Sequence record: PZ445409.1
Length of the DNA: 47,775 bases
From: a phage
Strand: one strand, 5' to 3'
The position numbers were made by a program, and so were the translations under genes. Under the pieces are notes generated by a model. The model worked only from the letters and a program-made list of their open reading frames with translations, had not been told where the DNA came from and searched no databases. Position 1 is the stretch's first letter, and each line of letters begins with the position of its first letter. Below are positions 1-9,966 of the stretch, piece after piece.

Positions 1-1569
1 ATGATCATATGGGAAGATTTGACGGCGGCGCAAAAGCGAGCCATTAAAGAAATCAGTGAGCATTCATTCGAAAAGATGATCAGAATCTGGTTCCAGTTAT
101 TGCAGGGGCAAAAATTCCAGAGTAACTGGCATTTTAGCTTATTGTGCAGTGAGGTAGAGAAGATCATCAATGGAGAGTCGCAGAATGTGATTTTCAATAT
201 TACGCCAGGTAGCGGTAAGACTGAGATTTTCTCGATCCACATGTCACCCTACGCGTCATTGAAAAGCCGGAAGGTGAGAAATCTTAACCTTTCGTTTAGT
301 GATGGCCTTGTCCAGCAAAACAGCAACCGGATAAAGGAGATTATTGGTTCTCCTGAGTGGCAAGAGCTATGGCCAGGAAAACTGGCAAAGGCGAGCGCTA
401 AAGATCTGATAGTCACCGAAGGCGGCAAGGTTAAATTGCAAGTTAACTCACGTTCTATTGGCGGCCAGGTAACAGGTTTGCGTGGTGGCTATATGGACGA
501 TGGTTTTACTGGTATGCTGGTTCTTGACGATCCAGACAAGCCGGATGATATGCTTTCTAAGGTAAAGCGTGAGGCTATCCACATGCGGTTAAAAAACACA
601 GTGCGATCGCGTCGAATGAAAGACACAACTCCGATTGTTATGGTGCAACAGCGACTACACGTTAATGATTCCACCTGGTTTATGCTTAATGGCGGGATGG
701 GTGGTATTGAGTTTAAAGTCGTGAGCATTCCGGCGCTGGTTACGAAAGAATACCGCGAAACGCTTCCTGATTGGTTGAAGCCTGAATTTGATCGTGATGT
801 GCTATCAAGTAAGCCAGTGATGATAGATGGCGTTGCTCATTATTCATTTTGGCCTGCAAAGGAAAGCGCGGAGGAATTGCTTGCATTGCGCAATGCAGAT
901 CCTTACACGTTCGCCAGCCAATACCAACAGCAACCAATCGCGCTGGGCGGGAACGTGTTTAAAACAGAGTGGTTCCAGTATTACGGCAGCGGCGAAAAAT
1001 GCGCACTACCAAAACCTGATCGCTTTGAATACACATTTATTACTGGAGATACCGCGCAGAAGGCCGGAGAGCTTAACGACTATTCAGTTTTTTGTTATTG
1101 GGGGATGTATAAGAATCGCGTTTACTTCATTGATGGCATTCGCGGAAAGTGGGAAGCGCCGGATCTTGAATTAAATTTTATTGCCTTCGTTAACCAGTGC
1201 TGGAAGCGCAATAAGGAGTGTGGCAGCTTGCGACGTATCCACATTGAGGATAAGGCCAGCGGCACGGGTTTGATTCAGGGGGCCAAAAAGAAGATCCCGA
1301 TTGATATAAATCCCGTTCAGCGAAGCAATGACAAGGTGACGCGAGCAATGGACGCCGCGCCAGTAATGAGGGCCGGACGTGTGGCACTGCCAGAAAATCA
1401 CCCCATGCTGCCTGAGATACTAGCAGAGGTTGCAGCATTCACTTTTGATGATTCTCATCCCCATGATGATATTGTCGATAATATAGTTGATGCTGTTAAC
1501 GTCGAAATGAATTTGGCAGATGATCCGGTAGCAAGGATGAAAAAGCTGGCAGGTCTACGCAATAAATAG
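1..1569 (+). CDS. terL: terminase large subunit
   Basis: 522-aa ORF; N-terminal P-loop-like PGSGKT and acidic DDPDKPDD motifs; ATG at 1-3 overlaps the terS stop reconstituted across the window ends; hairpin+T-run follows. Confidence 0.85.
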   Translation: MIIWEDLTAAQKRAIKEISEHSFEKMIRIWFQLLQGQKFQSNWHFSLLCSEVEKIINGESQNVIFNITPGSGKTEIFSIHMSPYASLKSRKVRNLNLSFSDGLVQQNSNRIKEIIGSPEWQELWPGKLAKASAKDLIVTEGGKVKLQVNSRSIGGQVTGLRGGYMDDGFTGMLVLDDPDKPDDMLSKVKREAIHMRLKNTVRSRRMKDTTPIVMVQQRLHVNDSTWFMLNGGMGGIEFKVVSIPALVTKEYRETLPDWLKPEFDRDVLSSKPVMIDGVAHYSFWPAKESAEELLALRNADPYTFASQYQQQPIALGGNVFKTEWFQYYGSGEKCALPKPDRFEYTFITGDTAQKAGELNDYSVFCYWGMYKNRVYFIDGIRGKWEAPDLELNFIAFVNQCWKRNKECGSLRRIHIEDKASGTGLIQGAKKKIPIDINPVQRSNDKVTRAMDAAPVMRAGRVALPENHPMLPEILAEVAAFTFDDSHPHDDIVDNIVDAVNVEMNLADDPVARMKKLAGLRNK

Positions 1570-1598
1570 CACTAATTGCTAAAAAGTTATATAATCAA

Positions 1599-1623
1599 GG
1601 CTGGATTTTTCCAGCCTTTTTTA
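1599..1623 (+). terminator. intrinsic terminator after terL
   Basis: Hairpin ggctggatttttccagcc followed by T-run. Confidence 0.5.
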
Positions 1624-1639
1624 TTATGGAGATTTGACT

Positions 1640-2932
1640 ATGAGCGAAAAAACAAGGCTAGTTAAGGCCGATGGATACAACGAGATTTTCAAGGGTAGCA
1701 AGGGCAATGGGCGTGTGGAGTTGCCTTTCTTTATGCAAGGGTTCGAATACACCACGCACGCTGATTTTTACATTCGCGACGGCCTAGCAAAACGAATTAT
1801 CGACGTTGTTCCAGAAGAAATGGTGACACCTGGATTTAATATTGATGGCGTGGAAGATGAGGAGAGTTTTAGATCTTTGTGGGATGAGAAGCGACTAAAC
1901 GATAAAATCATTGATGCGCTTTGCTGGTCGCGTCTTTTTGGTGGCGCGGCAATCGTGGCAATCGTTCAGGATGGCAGGTCGTTAAAGTCACCTGCAGCGC
2001 CTGGTGCAATCCTTGAAGATGTTCGCGTTTACGATCGCTTTCAGGTTCGCGTAGAAAAGCGAGAAACTAATCCACGCAAGGTGCGATATGGTGAGCCATT
2101 AATTTACACCATTTCACCTGGTGCGGACTTGCCAGAATATCAGGTTCACTATTCGCGAGTCTGTATTATCGACGGTGAGCGGCTACCAAATCAGCGACGT
2201 CAGTCAAATGATGGTTGGGGTGAGTCAATCCTGAATAAGCGATTGGTTGAGGCTATTTGTGATTACAACTACTGCGAAAACTTAGCAACTCAATTGTTGC
2301 GACGTAAGCAACAGGCAGTATGGAAAGCTAAAGGACTTGCCGATCTTTGTGATGATGATGATGGTGTTAACGCCGCACGTTTGCGCCTTGCTCAAGTTGA
2401 TGATGAGGGTGGCGTAGGTCGTGCGATCGGCATTGATGCGGAAGATGAGGAATATGATGTTTTAAATTCTGATATTTCCGGCGTCGATTCATTCCTGGAA
2501 AAGAAGATGGATCGCATTGTATCTCTTTCCGGCATCCATGAAATCATCCTCAAAAACAAGAACGTTGGCGGTGTTAGCGCGAGCCAAAACACGGCGCTTG
2601 AAACCTTCTACAAGCTGATCGATCGAAAGCGAAAGGAAGAATACAAACCAATCCTTGAATTTCTGATCCCGTTCCTGATTCAAGAGGAAGAATGGAGTAT
2701 TCAGTTTGCGCCGTTAAGCGTTCCCAGTGAAAAGGACCAGGCCGAGATCTTGAACAAGAATATTGATTCTTTGAGCAAGGCTATTGACGGTCAATTCATG
2801 GATACAGAGGAGGCGCGCGACACATTGCGAGCCATTGCGCCTAACGTTAAACTAAAGGACGGAAATAACATTAAATTACCTGAGCAGGACGTAGAGCCGG
2901 AGCCAGGAACAACCGAGGGTAGCAATCAATGA
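1640..2932 (+). CDS. portal protein
   Basis: 430-aa ORF directly after terL; GGAG RBS 8 nt before ATG 1640 (track ORF 1634 starts at TTG); size and position typical of portal. Confidence 0.7.
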   Translation: MSEKTRLVKADGYNEIFKGSKGNGRVELPFFMQGFEYTTHADFYIRDGLAKRIIDVVPEEMVTPGFNIDGVEDEESFRSLWDEKRLNDKIIDALCWSRLFGGAAIVAIVQDGRSLKSPAAPGAILEDVRVYDRFQVRVEKRETNPRKVRYGEPLIYTISPGADLPEYQVHYSRVCIIDGERLPNQRRQSNDGWGESILNKRLVEAICDYNYCENLATQLLRRKQQAVWKAKGLADLCDDDDGVNAARLRLAQVDDEGGVGRAIGIDAEDEEYDVLNSDISGVDSFLEKKMDRIVSLSGIHEIILKNKNVGGVSASQNTALETFYKLIDRKRKEEYKPILEFLIPFLIQEEEWSIQFAPLSVPSEKDQAEILNKNIDSLSKAIDGQFMDTEEARDTLRAIAPNVKLKDGNNIKLPEQDVEPEPGTTEGSNQ

Positions 2933-3684
2933 TAGTGAAAGGCGTCGTTAAACAATGGCGCTTTCCTGAAGCAAGCGAGCGGCAATTGCGCCGCTCAATT
3001 CAGGAGGCGATAAGGGATCTTGTTGTGCTGATGCGCAGCAAAACAAAGGGGATGAAATTTGACGCGGACACCGAAGAAATCAACGCCGCAGAGGATGAGA
3101 TTAGTAGCTTCGCGTTAAAGCTAATAGCTGGCATCGCCGCATCACTTCCGGTTATCGGCCTTGCTGTTTATAAATTCAACGCAAAGCAATTTATTAACGT
3201 AGCGAAATCATCGGGAGGTAAGTCAAATTCCGCCGTTATCATCCTTATGGCTATTGGGGCCAATGCGAATGAGAGTTGGTATAGGACGCTATACGGTCAA
3301 TGGCATGACATGACGATCGCATCTCTTCAAAAACTATTTGGAAACATCGTGTCTGACTGGTCAGCCAATATTAGATCGGCAAACTTTCGCGGAATGAGAG
3401 ATAGTCAGGTTAATGAATTGGCTGGTAAGAGATTTGCAGTGTATAGCTCTTGGGGTAAGACAAGGGCTGAAAATATCATAGGCGCTTGGAATAGTAGACT
3501 CATGCGACAGCGTCTTTATGATGCAAAAGTAACTCATTATTTTTGGCATGGTATGCTTGATGACAGAGAGCGATTACAGCATGTACAATGGGAAGGTAAG
3601 CGCATTGCGCTAGATTCTGAACATGATTTTCCTGGTGAGCCTTTCGGTTGTCGTTGTTGGGCCATACCAGATTGGAACAGTTAA
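2929..3684 (+). CDS. minor head / head morphogenesis protein
   Basis: 251-aa ORF, ATGA overlap with portal stop; conserved position after portal. Confidence 0.55.
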   Translation: MIVKGVVKQWRFPEASERQLRRSIQEAIRDLVVLMRSKTKGMKFDADTEEINAAEDEISSFALKLIAGIAASLPVIGLAVYKFNAKQFINVAKSSGGKSNSAVIILMAIGANANESWYRTLYGQWHDMTIASLQKLFGNIVSDWSANIRSANFRGMRDSQVNELAGKRFAVYSSWGKTRAENIIGAWNSRLMRQRLYDAKVTHYFWHGMLDDRERLQHVQWEGKRIALDSEHDFPGEPFGCRCWAIPDWNS

Positions 3685-3694
3685 GAGGTATTAA

Positions 3695-4810
3695 ATGAAA
3701 GCAAAACAAAGATTTGATAGCGCCAAAGTAAAGGCGCACTTTGATGATAACGGTTTTTTAGTTGATCGCCCTATCGTGGCGCGAATTGGTTTACAAGTCT
3801 ATCAGACTCCTTTCGGTGAGCGCAGAGAATTTCGTCCTGCGTCCGAAGTATTCAAGGCCGACTCACTCGCCACCTTCGCAGGTAAGCCAGTCACGGTTGG
3901 TCACGTTACGGTAACTCCAGAAAACGCCGAAAAGGTTGTGGTTGGTTCTTGTGCTGGCGCTGGTGTGCCGAACGGGATCGGCGTAGAGGTTCCGTTAAGC
4001 ATTTACTCAAAACGAGCAATCGAAAGCGCGAAGAAGCGAGACACTGCTGAAATTTCAGTTGGTTATACATCGGTTGATATTGATAAACCAGGCTGGGGCA
4101 ATAATAAAACTGGTGAGTACGTTTTCGATGAGGATGTTAGCGAAGACTGGAAACCTGATTCTCCTGATTGGGTTAAGTTTGATGCAATCCAGACTGAAAT
4201 CAAGGTAAACCACATCGCTTTAGTTTTCCGAGGTCGAGCCGGTATTGCAAAATTAAACCTTGATAGCCAGCAAGATTTTCCGTATAGTGACGACGTTATT
4301 AACAACAAAGAGGATCAAATCATGACTGTAAAAATTAAACTGGATGGCGCTGTAGAATTTGATGTGCCGAAAGCAGTTGCGGATCACATTGAAACGCTTA
4401 AAGCTGATGCCAAAGCACAGAAAGAAAAGGCGGATGGCCTGGAAGCTGAGCGCGATGCGCTGCAAACCAAAGTAGATGGCATTCAGGATCAGATTGATGC
4501 CGCAGTCAAGAAGGCCAAAGAAGATGCCGAGCAATATGCTCAATTAGTGGCAGACGCTAAAGAGTTAGGCATCAAGTGCGACGGCCTTGATGCGAAAGCA
4601 ATCAAGGTTGCATACATCAAAGAAGTTATGGGTAATGACGTTTCTGATAAAGCTGACGCCTATATCGAAACAGCTTTCGACATCGCCAAAAACTCTGATA
4701 AAATGGCGGCACAGCGTAAGAGCATTAAAGGTGACTCTTTCGCTAATGAAAAACAGGATGACGCAGGTTGCAAGCTGAATCCTAACGCTCGTTTTGAGAA
4801 ACTGAAATAA
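3695..4810 (+). CDS. head scaffolding / prohead protease-like protein
   Basis: 371-aa ORF with AGAGG RBS; C-terminal half K/E/A/D-rich predicted coiled coil; lies between portal-associated and capsid genes. Confidence 0.5.
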   Translation: MKAKQRFDSAKVKAHFDDNGFLVDRPIVARIGLQVYQTPFGERREFRPASEVFKADSLATFAGKPVTVGHVTVTPENAEKVVVGSCAGAGVPNGIGVEVPLSIYSKRAIESAKKRDTAEISVGYTSVDIDKPGWGNNKTGEYVFDEDVSEDWKPDSPDWVKFDAIQTEIKVNHIALVFRGRAGIAKLNLDSQQDFPYSDDVINNKEDQIMTVKIKLDGAVEFDVPKAVADHIETLKADAKAQKEKADGLEAERDALQTKVDGIQDQIDAAVKKAKEDAEQYAQLVADAKELGIKCDGLDAKAIKVAYIKEVMGNDVSDKADAYIETAFDIAKNSDKMAAQRKSIKGDSFANEKQDDAGCKLNPNARFEKLK

Positions 4811-4822
4811 GGAGTAATTAAA

Positions 4823-5332
4823 ATGGCTAAAATTGGAGCAAGTTATTTTGACACTATGGCGCGCGCGCTTCCTGGTCAGGTATCCGACACGTCGGCATAT
4901 AACATCGACGGCGCTTGCGTCCTTGACAAGGAAGACGGCATCCCAATCCTGGTTGGCGTGGCTGTTAAGCTAAAAGGCGTTGACTCAATGGGTAATAAGC
5001 TGATCGACGCTATTTCTGGTGGTGGTGATGTTCCTTATGGCGTTGGCATCCGCTCGCACTTTCAAACTACGGCTGATAATGGTCGAATGGTTTATGAGGC
5101 TGGCGGCGGAATCAACGTTATGACTGAGGGCCGTGTCTGGATGATTGGCGATGATTCCGATAAAAGCAAAAAGCCAGAATATCGTGATCCTGTAAAAATT
5201 GATGAAAACTCTGGCAAGGTGAAAAGTGCTGGCGCTATCAATACAAACTGGGTTTACACTGGCGATAAAACCACTTTTGGAACTGGCAATAATATGTTGA
5301 CTTTGTTTGAAGTTCAGGTCTTCCCAAGCTAA
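4823..5332 (+). CDS. head accessory/decoration protein (paralog 1)
   Basis: 169-aa ORF, AAGGAG RBS; shares YNIDG...GVxIRS...GxVW motifs with the next ORF; hairpin+T-run terminator at 5339-5363. Confidence 0.4.
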   Translation: MAKIGASYFDTMARALPGQVSDTSAYNIDGACVLDKEDGIPILVGVAVKLKGVDSMGNKLIDAISGGGDVPYGVGIRSHFQTTADNGRMVYEAGGGINVMTEGRVWMIGDDSDKSKKPEYRDPVKIDENSGKVKSAGAINTNWVYTGDKTTFGTGNNMLTLFEVQVFPS

Positions 5333-5338
5333 AATCAA

Positions 5339-5363
5339 GGCGCTCGCTTGAGCGCCTTTTTTA
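5339..5363 (+). terminator. intrinsic terminator
   Basis: Hairpin ggcgctcgcttgagcgcc + TTTTTT. Confidence 0.6.
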
Positions 5364-5382
5364 TTATGTAAGGAGAAATGAA

Positions 5383-6165
5383 ATGGCTAAAGATTATTCA
5401 TCTGTCATGGGTCTTTCTTGCCCTGGTTGTTTGGTTGATTCTACTCGCTACAATATTGATGGTACTGGCGTTTGTGGTTCTGAATCGATCATTGCTGGAA
5501 AGGTTGTTTTCTTTAAAGAAAGAGTTGAAGGTTACAACATATTTGTTGATCACAAAGAGGGTGACGCTGTGGTTGCTGGTGTTGCTATAAGGAGCAATAT
5601 CACGACAACGGTTAACGAGGAAGACGGATACTCTGACTATAAGGAAGGAGATTCTATCAACATTTTAACAAGAGGGGTTGTATGGTGCTTAACTCAAACG
5701 ATTGAGTCTGCGCCTGAGCATGGCGATCTTGTTTATGTTAACAATGATGGTTTTGTAGCAAGTAGTGATGGGGATGAAATCGTCGATGGCTGGATTTTTA
5801 CTGGTGACTTTTACAAGTTTGATGAAACAATGAACATAGTCGGAGTCAGAATAACGCCGCTTCATCATAGAAAATACCTTCTTACTGGTGCGATTATTGA
5901 GGCCGAAAATGGTTACGTAGAGGGAACAGAAACAATTGACAACGTTCAGCTAAAAGTAACCGTTGTTCCAACATGGGCTGACGACAAAACGGGGCAGTGG
6001 ACGATTACAAACGAGCAAGATCCAAAGGTTGCAAGCGTTAGTCGCACTGGCCTTGTAGTTCCTACTGGGGTAGGCGGACATGTTAATGTTAACTGGACTG
6101 CAAACGACGGTTCTGGAGTTGCTGATCAGTTTGACATAGTGTTCAGTAAAACAGTAGGCACTTAA
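5383..6165 (+). CDS. head accessory/decoration protein (paralog 2, C-terminal extension)
   Basis: 260-aa ORF, AAGGAG RBS 7 nt upstream; N-terminal half paralogous to 4823-5332; C-terminal about 90 aa beta-rich, possibly Ig-like. Confidence 0.4.
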   Translation: MAKDYSSVMGLSCPGCLVDSTRYNIDGTGVCGSESIIAGKVVFFKERVEGYNIFVDHKEGDAVVAGVAIRSNITTTVNEEDGYSDYKEGDSINILTRGVVWCLTQTIESAPEHGDLVYVNNDGFVASSDGDEIVDGWIFTGDFYKFDETMNIVGVRITPLHHRKYLLTGAIIEAENGYVEGTETIDNVQLKVTVVPTWADDKTGQWTITNEQDPKVASVSRTGLVVPTGVGGHVNVNWTANDGSGVADQFDIVFSKTVGT

Positions 6166-6191
6166 TGAATACCACAAAATAGATTTGCACC

Positions 6192-6208
6192 TTTAACAAA
6201 AAGTGCTA
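6192..6208 (+). promoter_or_regulatory. inverted copy of conserved element upstream of capsid gene
   Basis: TTTAACAAAAAGTGCTA flanked by TTGCAC (6185-6190) and TATCAT (6207-6212) with 16-bp spacing; followed by hairpin+T-run 6215-6241. Confidence 0.45.
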
Positions 6209-6214
6209 TCATGA

Positions 6215-6241
6215 GGCTGTTACTTGTTAACAGCCTTTTTT
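6215..6241 (+). terminator. intrinsic terminator/attenuator immediately upstream of capsid gene
   Basis: Hairpin ggctgtta-cttg-ttaacagcc + TTTTTT, 16 nt before capsid ATG. Confidence 0.5.
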
Positions 6242-6256
6242 ATAGGAGAAAAAATC

Positions 6257-7231
6257 ATGACAAAGAAAAAATATGATGAGCTAGACGCTTCCATTGTGTC
6301 TAATCACCTGCAATTGCAAGGTGTTAAGGGTGATGCTTCCGACATGGGTATTTGGACTGCTCAGGAGTTGCACAAAATCCGATCCACTGCTTACGAAAAA
6401 GAGTATCCAGCGGGTTCTGCGCTTCGCGTCTTCCCTGTCACCAATGAACTGAGCGACACCGACAAAACTTTCGAGTATCAGACTTTTGATAAAGTTGGTT
6501 ACGCGAAAATTATTGCAGACTACACCGACGACCTGCCGACCGTTGACGCTCTTATGACTTCTGAGTTTGGCAAAGTGTTCCGCATGGGTAACGCTTTCCT
6601 GATCTCAATTGACGAAATCAAAGCAGGTCAGCGAACTGGTAAAAGCCTTTCTACTCGCAAGGCTAACGCAGCGCAGAATGCACATGATCAGCTTATTAAC
6701 TTCCTGGTTTTCAAAGGTTCCAAGCCTCATAAGATCGTTTCCGTTTTCGATCATCCAAACCTGACTAAAATCACGTCAAAAGGATGGCTGAGTAAAGACG
6801 GAAACACAAAGTTTCCAGAAGTTGCAAGCGATGAGCTGGAGACTGCAATCGAAACGATCGAGGAAGTAACCAAAGGTCAGCATCGCGCGACTAACATCCT
6901 GATTCCGCCGTCTATGCGTAAAGTCCTTACGGTTCGAATGGAAAATACCACTGAAAGCTATTTGGAATACTTCCAGAAGCAAAACGACGGTATCACCATC
7001 GACTCCATTGCAGAGCTTGAGGATATTGACGGCAAAGGCACTAAAGGCTGCCTGGTTTACGAAAAAGATCCAATGAACATGAGCATTGAGATCCCGGAGG
7101 CATTCAATATGCTGCCTGCACAGCCGAAAGATCTGCATTTTAAAGTTCCTTGTACTTCAAAGTGCACTGGCCTTACAATTTACCGTCCGTTTACGATGGT
7201 TCTAATTACTGGCTTGAAAAAGGCTGCGTAA
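6257..7231 (+). CDS. major capsid protein
   Basis: 324-aa ORF starting at ATG 6257 with AGGAG RBS (track ORF 6224 starts inside a hairpin); position after decoration genes; strong terminator 7243-7272. Confidence 0.7.
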   Translation: MTKKKYDELDASIVSNHLQLQGVKGDASDMGIWTAQELHKIRSTAYEKEYPAGSALRVFPVTNELSDTDKTFEYQTFDKVGYAKIIADYTDDLPTVDALMTSEFGKVFRMGNAFLISIDEIKAGQRTGKSLSTRKANAAQNAHDQLINFLVFKGSKPHKIVSVFDHPNLTKITSKGWLSKDGNTKFPEVASDELETAIETIEEVTKGQHRATNILIPPSMRKVLTVRMENTTESYLEYFQKQNDGITIDSIAELEDIDGKGTKGCLVYEKDPMNMSIEIPEAFNMLPAQPKDLHFKVPCTSKCTGLTIYRPFTMVLITGLKKAA

Positions 7232-7242
7232 TTAGATAACAT

Positions 7243-7272
7243 GGGGAGCCTTAATGGTTCCCCTTTTTTTTA
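7243..7272 (+). terminator. intrinsic terminator after capsid gene
   Basis: Hairpin ggggagccttaatggttcccc + T9. Confidence 0.7.
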
Positions 7273-7289
7273 TTTACGGAGTACACAAA

Positions 7290-7556
7290 ATGAGCAAAAC
7301 TTTAAAACTTAAAGTAACTGGCGTTTGCATGATTATTATGAACGGTAAGCGTTATCATCCTGGTGATGAAATTGAAATTGAATCCGAACGCATTAATGAT
7401 TCCGCAATTGAATACCTGATCGCTCGCGGAGATGTGGAAGTTAAAGACAATTCAGAAATTAACGAGCAAATCAAGGAGAAAGCGGAGAAGAAGCGCAAAA
7501 AAGATCCTACCGAGGGTAAGAGCCGCAAAGAGCTAGAGGATGGCGGCGAATATTAA
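7290..7556 (+). CDS. hypothetical protein (lysine-rich C-terminus)
   Basis: 88-aa ORF from ATG 7290 with GGAG RBS; track start 7254 lies inside the upstream terminator. Confidence 0.5.
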   Translation: MSKTLKLKVTGVCMIIMNGKRYHPGDEIEIESERINDSAIEYLIARGDVEVKDNSEINEQIKEKAEKKRKKDPTEGKSRKELEDGGEY

Positions 7557-7602
7557 TAATTGGGGCGCTTATGCGCCCTTTGTCACATCTGGAGAAAACA
7601 AA

Positions 7603-8022
7603 ATGGTAGATGAATTTTACACAGACGCTGAAATCATGCAGCAAATCGTAAAGTTAGCGCCGCCAATGCAACAAGTTGATCCCGATTTAATTGTGGCATG
7701 GATTGAGCTTGCTAAAGAGTTTGTTTGCAAAAAACGGTTTAAAAACTCATACCCGAAAGCGGTTGCGCTTTACACTCTTCACCTTATGACCTTAGACGGG
7801 GCAATGAAACAGGAAGGTGAAAGCGTAGAAAGCTATTCCCGCCGCGTTGCCTCGTTCACTCTGACTGGTGAGTTTAGTCAGACGTTTGATCGAATTTCTT
7901 CCGATACAAGCGGAAAGCAGATCCGACAAACGCCGTGGGGCAAAATGTACGAAGTGTTAAACCGTAAGCACGGTGGCGGCTTTGGCCTTGTGACTGGATT
8001 GCGCCGGAGATGCTGCCGATGA
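7603..8022 (+). CDS. head-tail connector/adaptor protein (positional)
   Basis: 139-aa ORF from ATG 7603 with GGAG RBS; position between capsid and tail genes. Confidence 0.4.
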   Translation: MVDEFYTDAEIMQQIVKLAPPMQQVDPDLIVAWIELAKEFVCKKRFKNSYPKAVALYTLHLMTLDGAMKQEGESVESYSRRVASFTLTGEFSQTFDRISSDTSGKQIRQTPWGKMYEVLNRKHGGGFGLVTGLRRRCCR

Positions 8023-8390
8023 ACTACAATGAGATTGCAAGAATGGCTACGGCTGGGATTAACTTTTTCAGCGACGCTAACGGTATGTTTAAGTGCATCA
8101 CGCAGCAGGGCGGAGTTGAGATTATCGGCGGAGAGGAAGTTACCAAGCCGGAGATTTCAGTGATGATAAAGGGGCTTGTTAGATCCCCTAGAACTAGAGA
8201 GGTTGACGGTGAAACAATCCGAGTAACCGACAAGTTGGGGATATTCACCAATGAAACTGAGATCAAAAATGGTTATCAGATTGAAATTGATGGCGAACGT
8301 TATGTTGTCGTTGAAGCAAGACCAGTCAGGCAGACTAACATCACGGCAGCTTATCGTCCGATATTAAGGAGGATTGCTGTGCATGGCTGA
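8019..8390 (+). CDS. neck / head closure protein (positional)
   Basis: 123-aa ORF; ATGA overlap with upstream stop; GGAG RBS. Confidence 0.4.
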   Translation: MNYNEIARMATAGINFFSDANGMFKCITQQGGVEIIGGEEVTKPEISVMIKGLVRSPRTREVDGETIRVTDKLGIFTNETEIKNGYQIEIDGERYVVVEARPVRQTNITAAYRPILRRIAVHG

Positions 8391-8826
8391 TAATTATAAG
8401 ATCAGAGAATTTCACGGTGATATAAGCAGGTGGATTGATTCAGTAAGCAGCGGCCTTGTTGATTGCGTTGAAATGTTCGCGACAAACGTCCACGAGGATC
8501 TTGTAAATCGCTCGCCAGTTGATACGGGGCGATATAAAGCTAACTGGCAGATAACAGCAAACAAGCCGCCGCTATATGCGCTCAACCAATACGATCGCGA
8601 TGGTAGTAAAACCATTGCAGAAGGCAAGCGAGCAATATATGCAATCATGCGTGGCGGTGGCGCGGTGCGGTCAATCTATTTTTCAAACATGCTTATTTAC
8701 GCCAACGCGCTTGAATACGGTCATTCAAAACAAGCGCCGTCCGGCGTACTTGGAATCGTGGCGGTAAAGCTGCGATCTTATATGGCTAAGGCAATAAAGG
8801 ATTCGAGGGCAAAAAATGCACTATGA
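8383..8826 (+). CDS. neck / tail completion protein (HK97 gp10-like position)
   Basis: 147-aa ORF from ATG 8383 with AAGGAGG RBS; overlaps upstream gene by 8 nt. Confidence 0.4.
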   Translation: MADNYKIREFHGDISRWIDSVSSGLVDCVEMFATNVHEDLVNRSPVDTGRYKANWQITANKPPLYALNQYDRDGSKTIAEGKRAIYAIMRGGGAVRSIYFSNMLIYANALEYGHSKQAPSGVLGIVAVKLRSYMAKAIKDSRAKNAL

Positions 8827-9217
8827 TTTAATGTTGGCGGCAAGAAAGGCGCTGGCGGCTGAATATGAATCACGATTCAAGATCTCCTATGAAAACGTTG
8901 ATTTTGTACCGCCTGGAGACGGTTCTATGTGGTTAAAATTTGACTACATGGAAGCAGACACGGATCGCATATCTCTTGATAGAAAATGTGTTTCTTATAT
9001 CGGCTTGGTTCAGGTTGGAATTGTCATTCCTCCTGGCGGTGGCACTGATAACGCTCGTTTGCTGGCTAAAGAGATTGCGAGATTTTTCTATGATGGTAGA
9101 ATGTTTGAAACTGGCTATATTAGCGAGGGGGCAAACGTCCACGCATTACTAAAAAGTGAAACAGGTTGGTTCTTACCGATCCGTTTCAGTGTTAGGCTTG
9201 ACAAAAAGGAGGAATAA
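8816..9217 (+). CDS. tail terminator-like protein (positional)
   Basis: 133-aa ORF overlapping upstream gene by 11 nt; immediately before major tail gene. Confidence 0.4.
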   Translation: MHYDLMLAARKALAAEYESRFKISYENVDFVPPGDGSMWLKFDYMEADTDRISLDRKCVSYIGLVQVGIVIPPGGGTDNARLLAKEIARFFYDGRMFETGYISEGANVHALLKSETGWFLPIRFSVRLDKKEE

Positions 9218-9219
9218 TC

Positions 9220-9882
9220 ATGCACTTGCCTAATGGTTCTCAAATTTTCATCGGCGTTAATATGGGTGAGCCAATTAGCGCGACTCAAATCACCAATGCT
9301 GATGATCCTGTTTTTACAGCTACAAACACTCAAAGCATCAAAAAAGGTGCTTATGTTCTTATTGAAACATCTTCTTGGGGCAAACTTGTTAGTCGAGTGC
9401 TTCGAGTTAAGGAAGTATCAGATAATGTAAGTGTTACTCTTGAAGGTGTTAGCACTAAAGATACAAACGTATTTCCAGAAGGAGAGAACACAGCAACTTT
9501 CCGAGAAGTGAAATCTTGGGTGGAGGTTCCTTGCGTACAGGATCTTGCGCAGGACGGCGGCGAGCAACAGTATTACACTTATCAGTGTTTGGCTGATGAC
9601 CAGGAGCAGCAGTTGCCGACCTACAAGAGCGCCGTTTCTCTTACCTATACTTTCGCGCATGAGTATGATAATCCGATTTATCCGATCTTGCGCGAGGCTG
9701 AGGAATCCGGCGACGTGACCGCCTTGCGTATGTACGTGCCGAAAGCTAAAGAGATGCGTTGTTGGGCTGGCGTATTGTCTTTTAATGACATTCCGCAAAC
9801 CACTATGAACGAAATGGAAACTGTTTCCCTTTCCGTATCTCTGAAAGGTCGATTCACGTTCTTACCTTCTGACGTTAAGTAA
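9220..9882 (+). CDS. major tail (tube) protein
   Basis: 220-aa ORF, AAGGAGG RBS; precedes chaperone G/GT and tape measure; terminator 9888-9909 downstream. Confidence 0.6.
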   Translation: MHLPNGSQIFIGVNMGEPISATQITNADDPVFTATNTQSIKKGAYVLIETSSWGKLVSRVLRVKEVSDNVSVTLEGVSTKDTNVFPEGENTATFREVKSWVEVPCVQDLAQDGGEQQYYTYQCLADDQEQQLPTYKSAVSLTYTFAHEYDNPIYPILREAEESGDVTALRMYVPKAKEMRCWAGVLSFNDIPQTTMNEMETVSLSVSLKGRFTFLPSDVK

Positions 9883-9887
9883 AACAA

Positions 9888-9909
9888 GGGGCGTTGCGCC
9901 CCTTTTTTC
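9888..9909 (+). terminator. intrinsic terminator after major tail gene
   Basis: Hairpin ggggcgttgcgcccc + TTTTTT. Confidence 0.65.
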
Positions 9910-9948
9910 ATTCCTGTAAAATCAATCTATCAAATAAATTAATTCCAC

Positions 9949-9966
9949 TTTTAACAAAAAGTGCTA
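9949..9966 (+). promoter_or_regulatory. inverted copy of conserved element abutting RBS of chaperone G
   Basis: TTTTAACAAAAAGTGCTA ends 2 nt before AAGGAG RBS; 15 nt before ATG. Confidence 0.45.

Noticed and set aside
1567-1585. Degenerate copy of the element (TAGCACTAATTGCTAAAAA) after terL considered as a 13th promoter unit
   Set aside because: No -10-like hexamer at the expected +37 position and the site is overlapped by the terL terminator hairpin; likely a relic or just a stop region.
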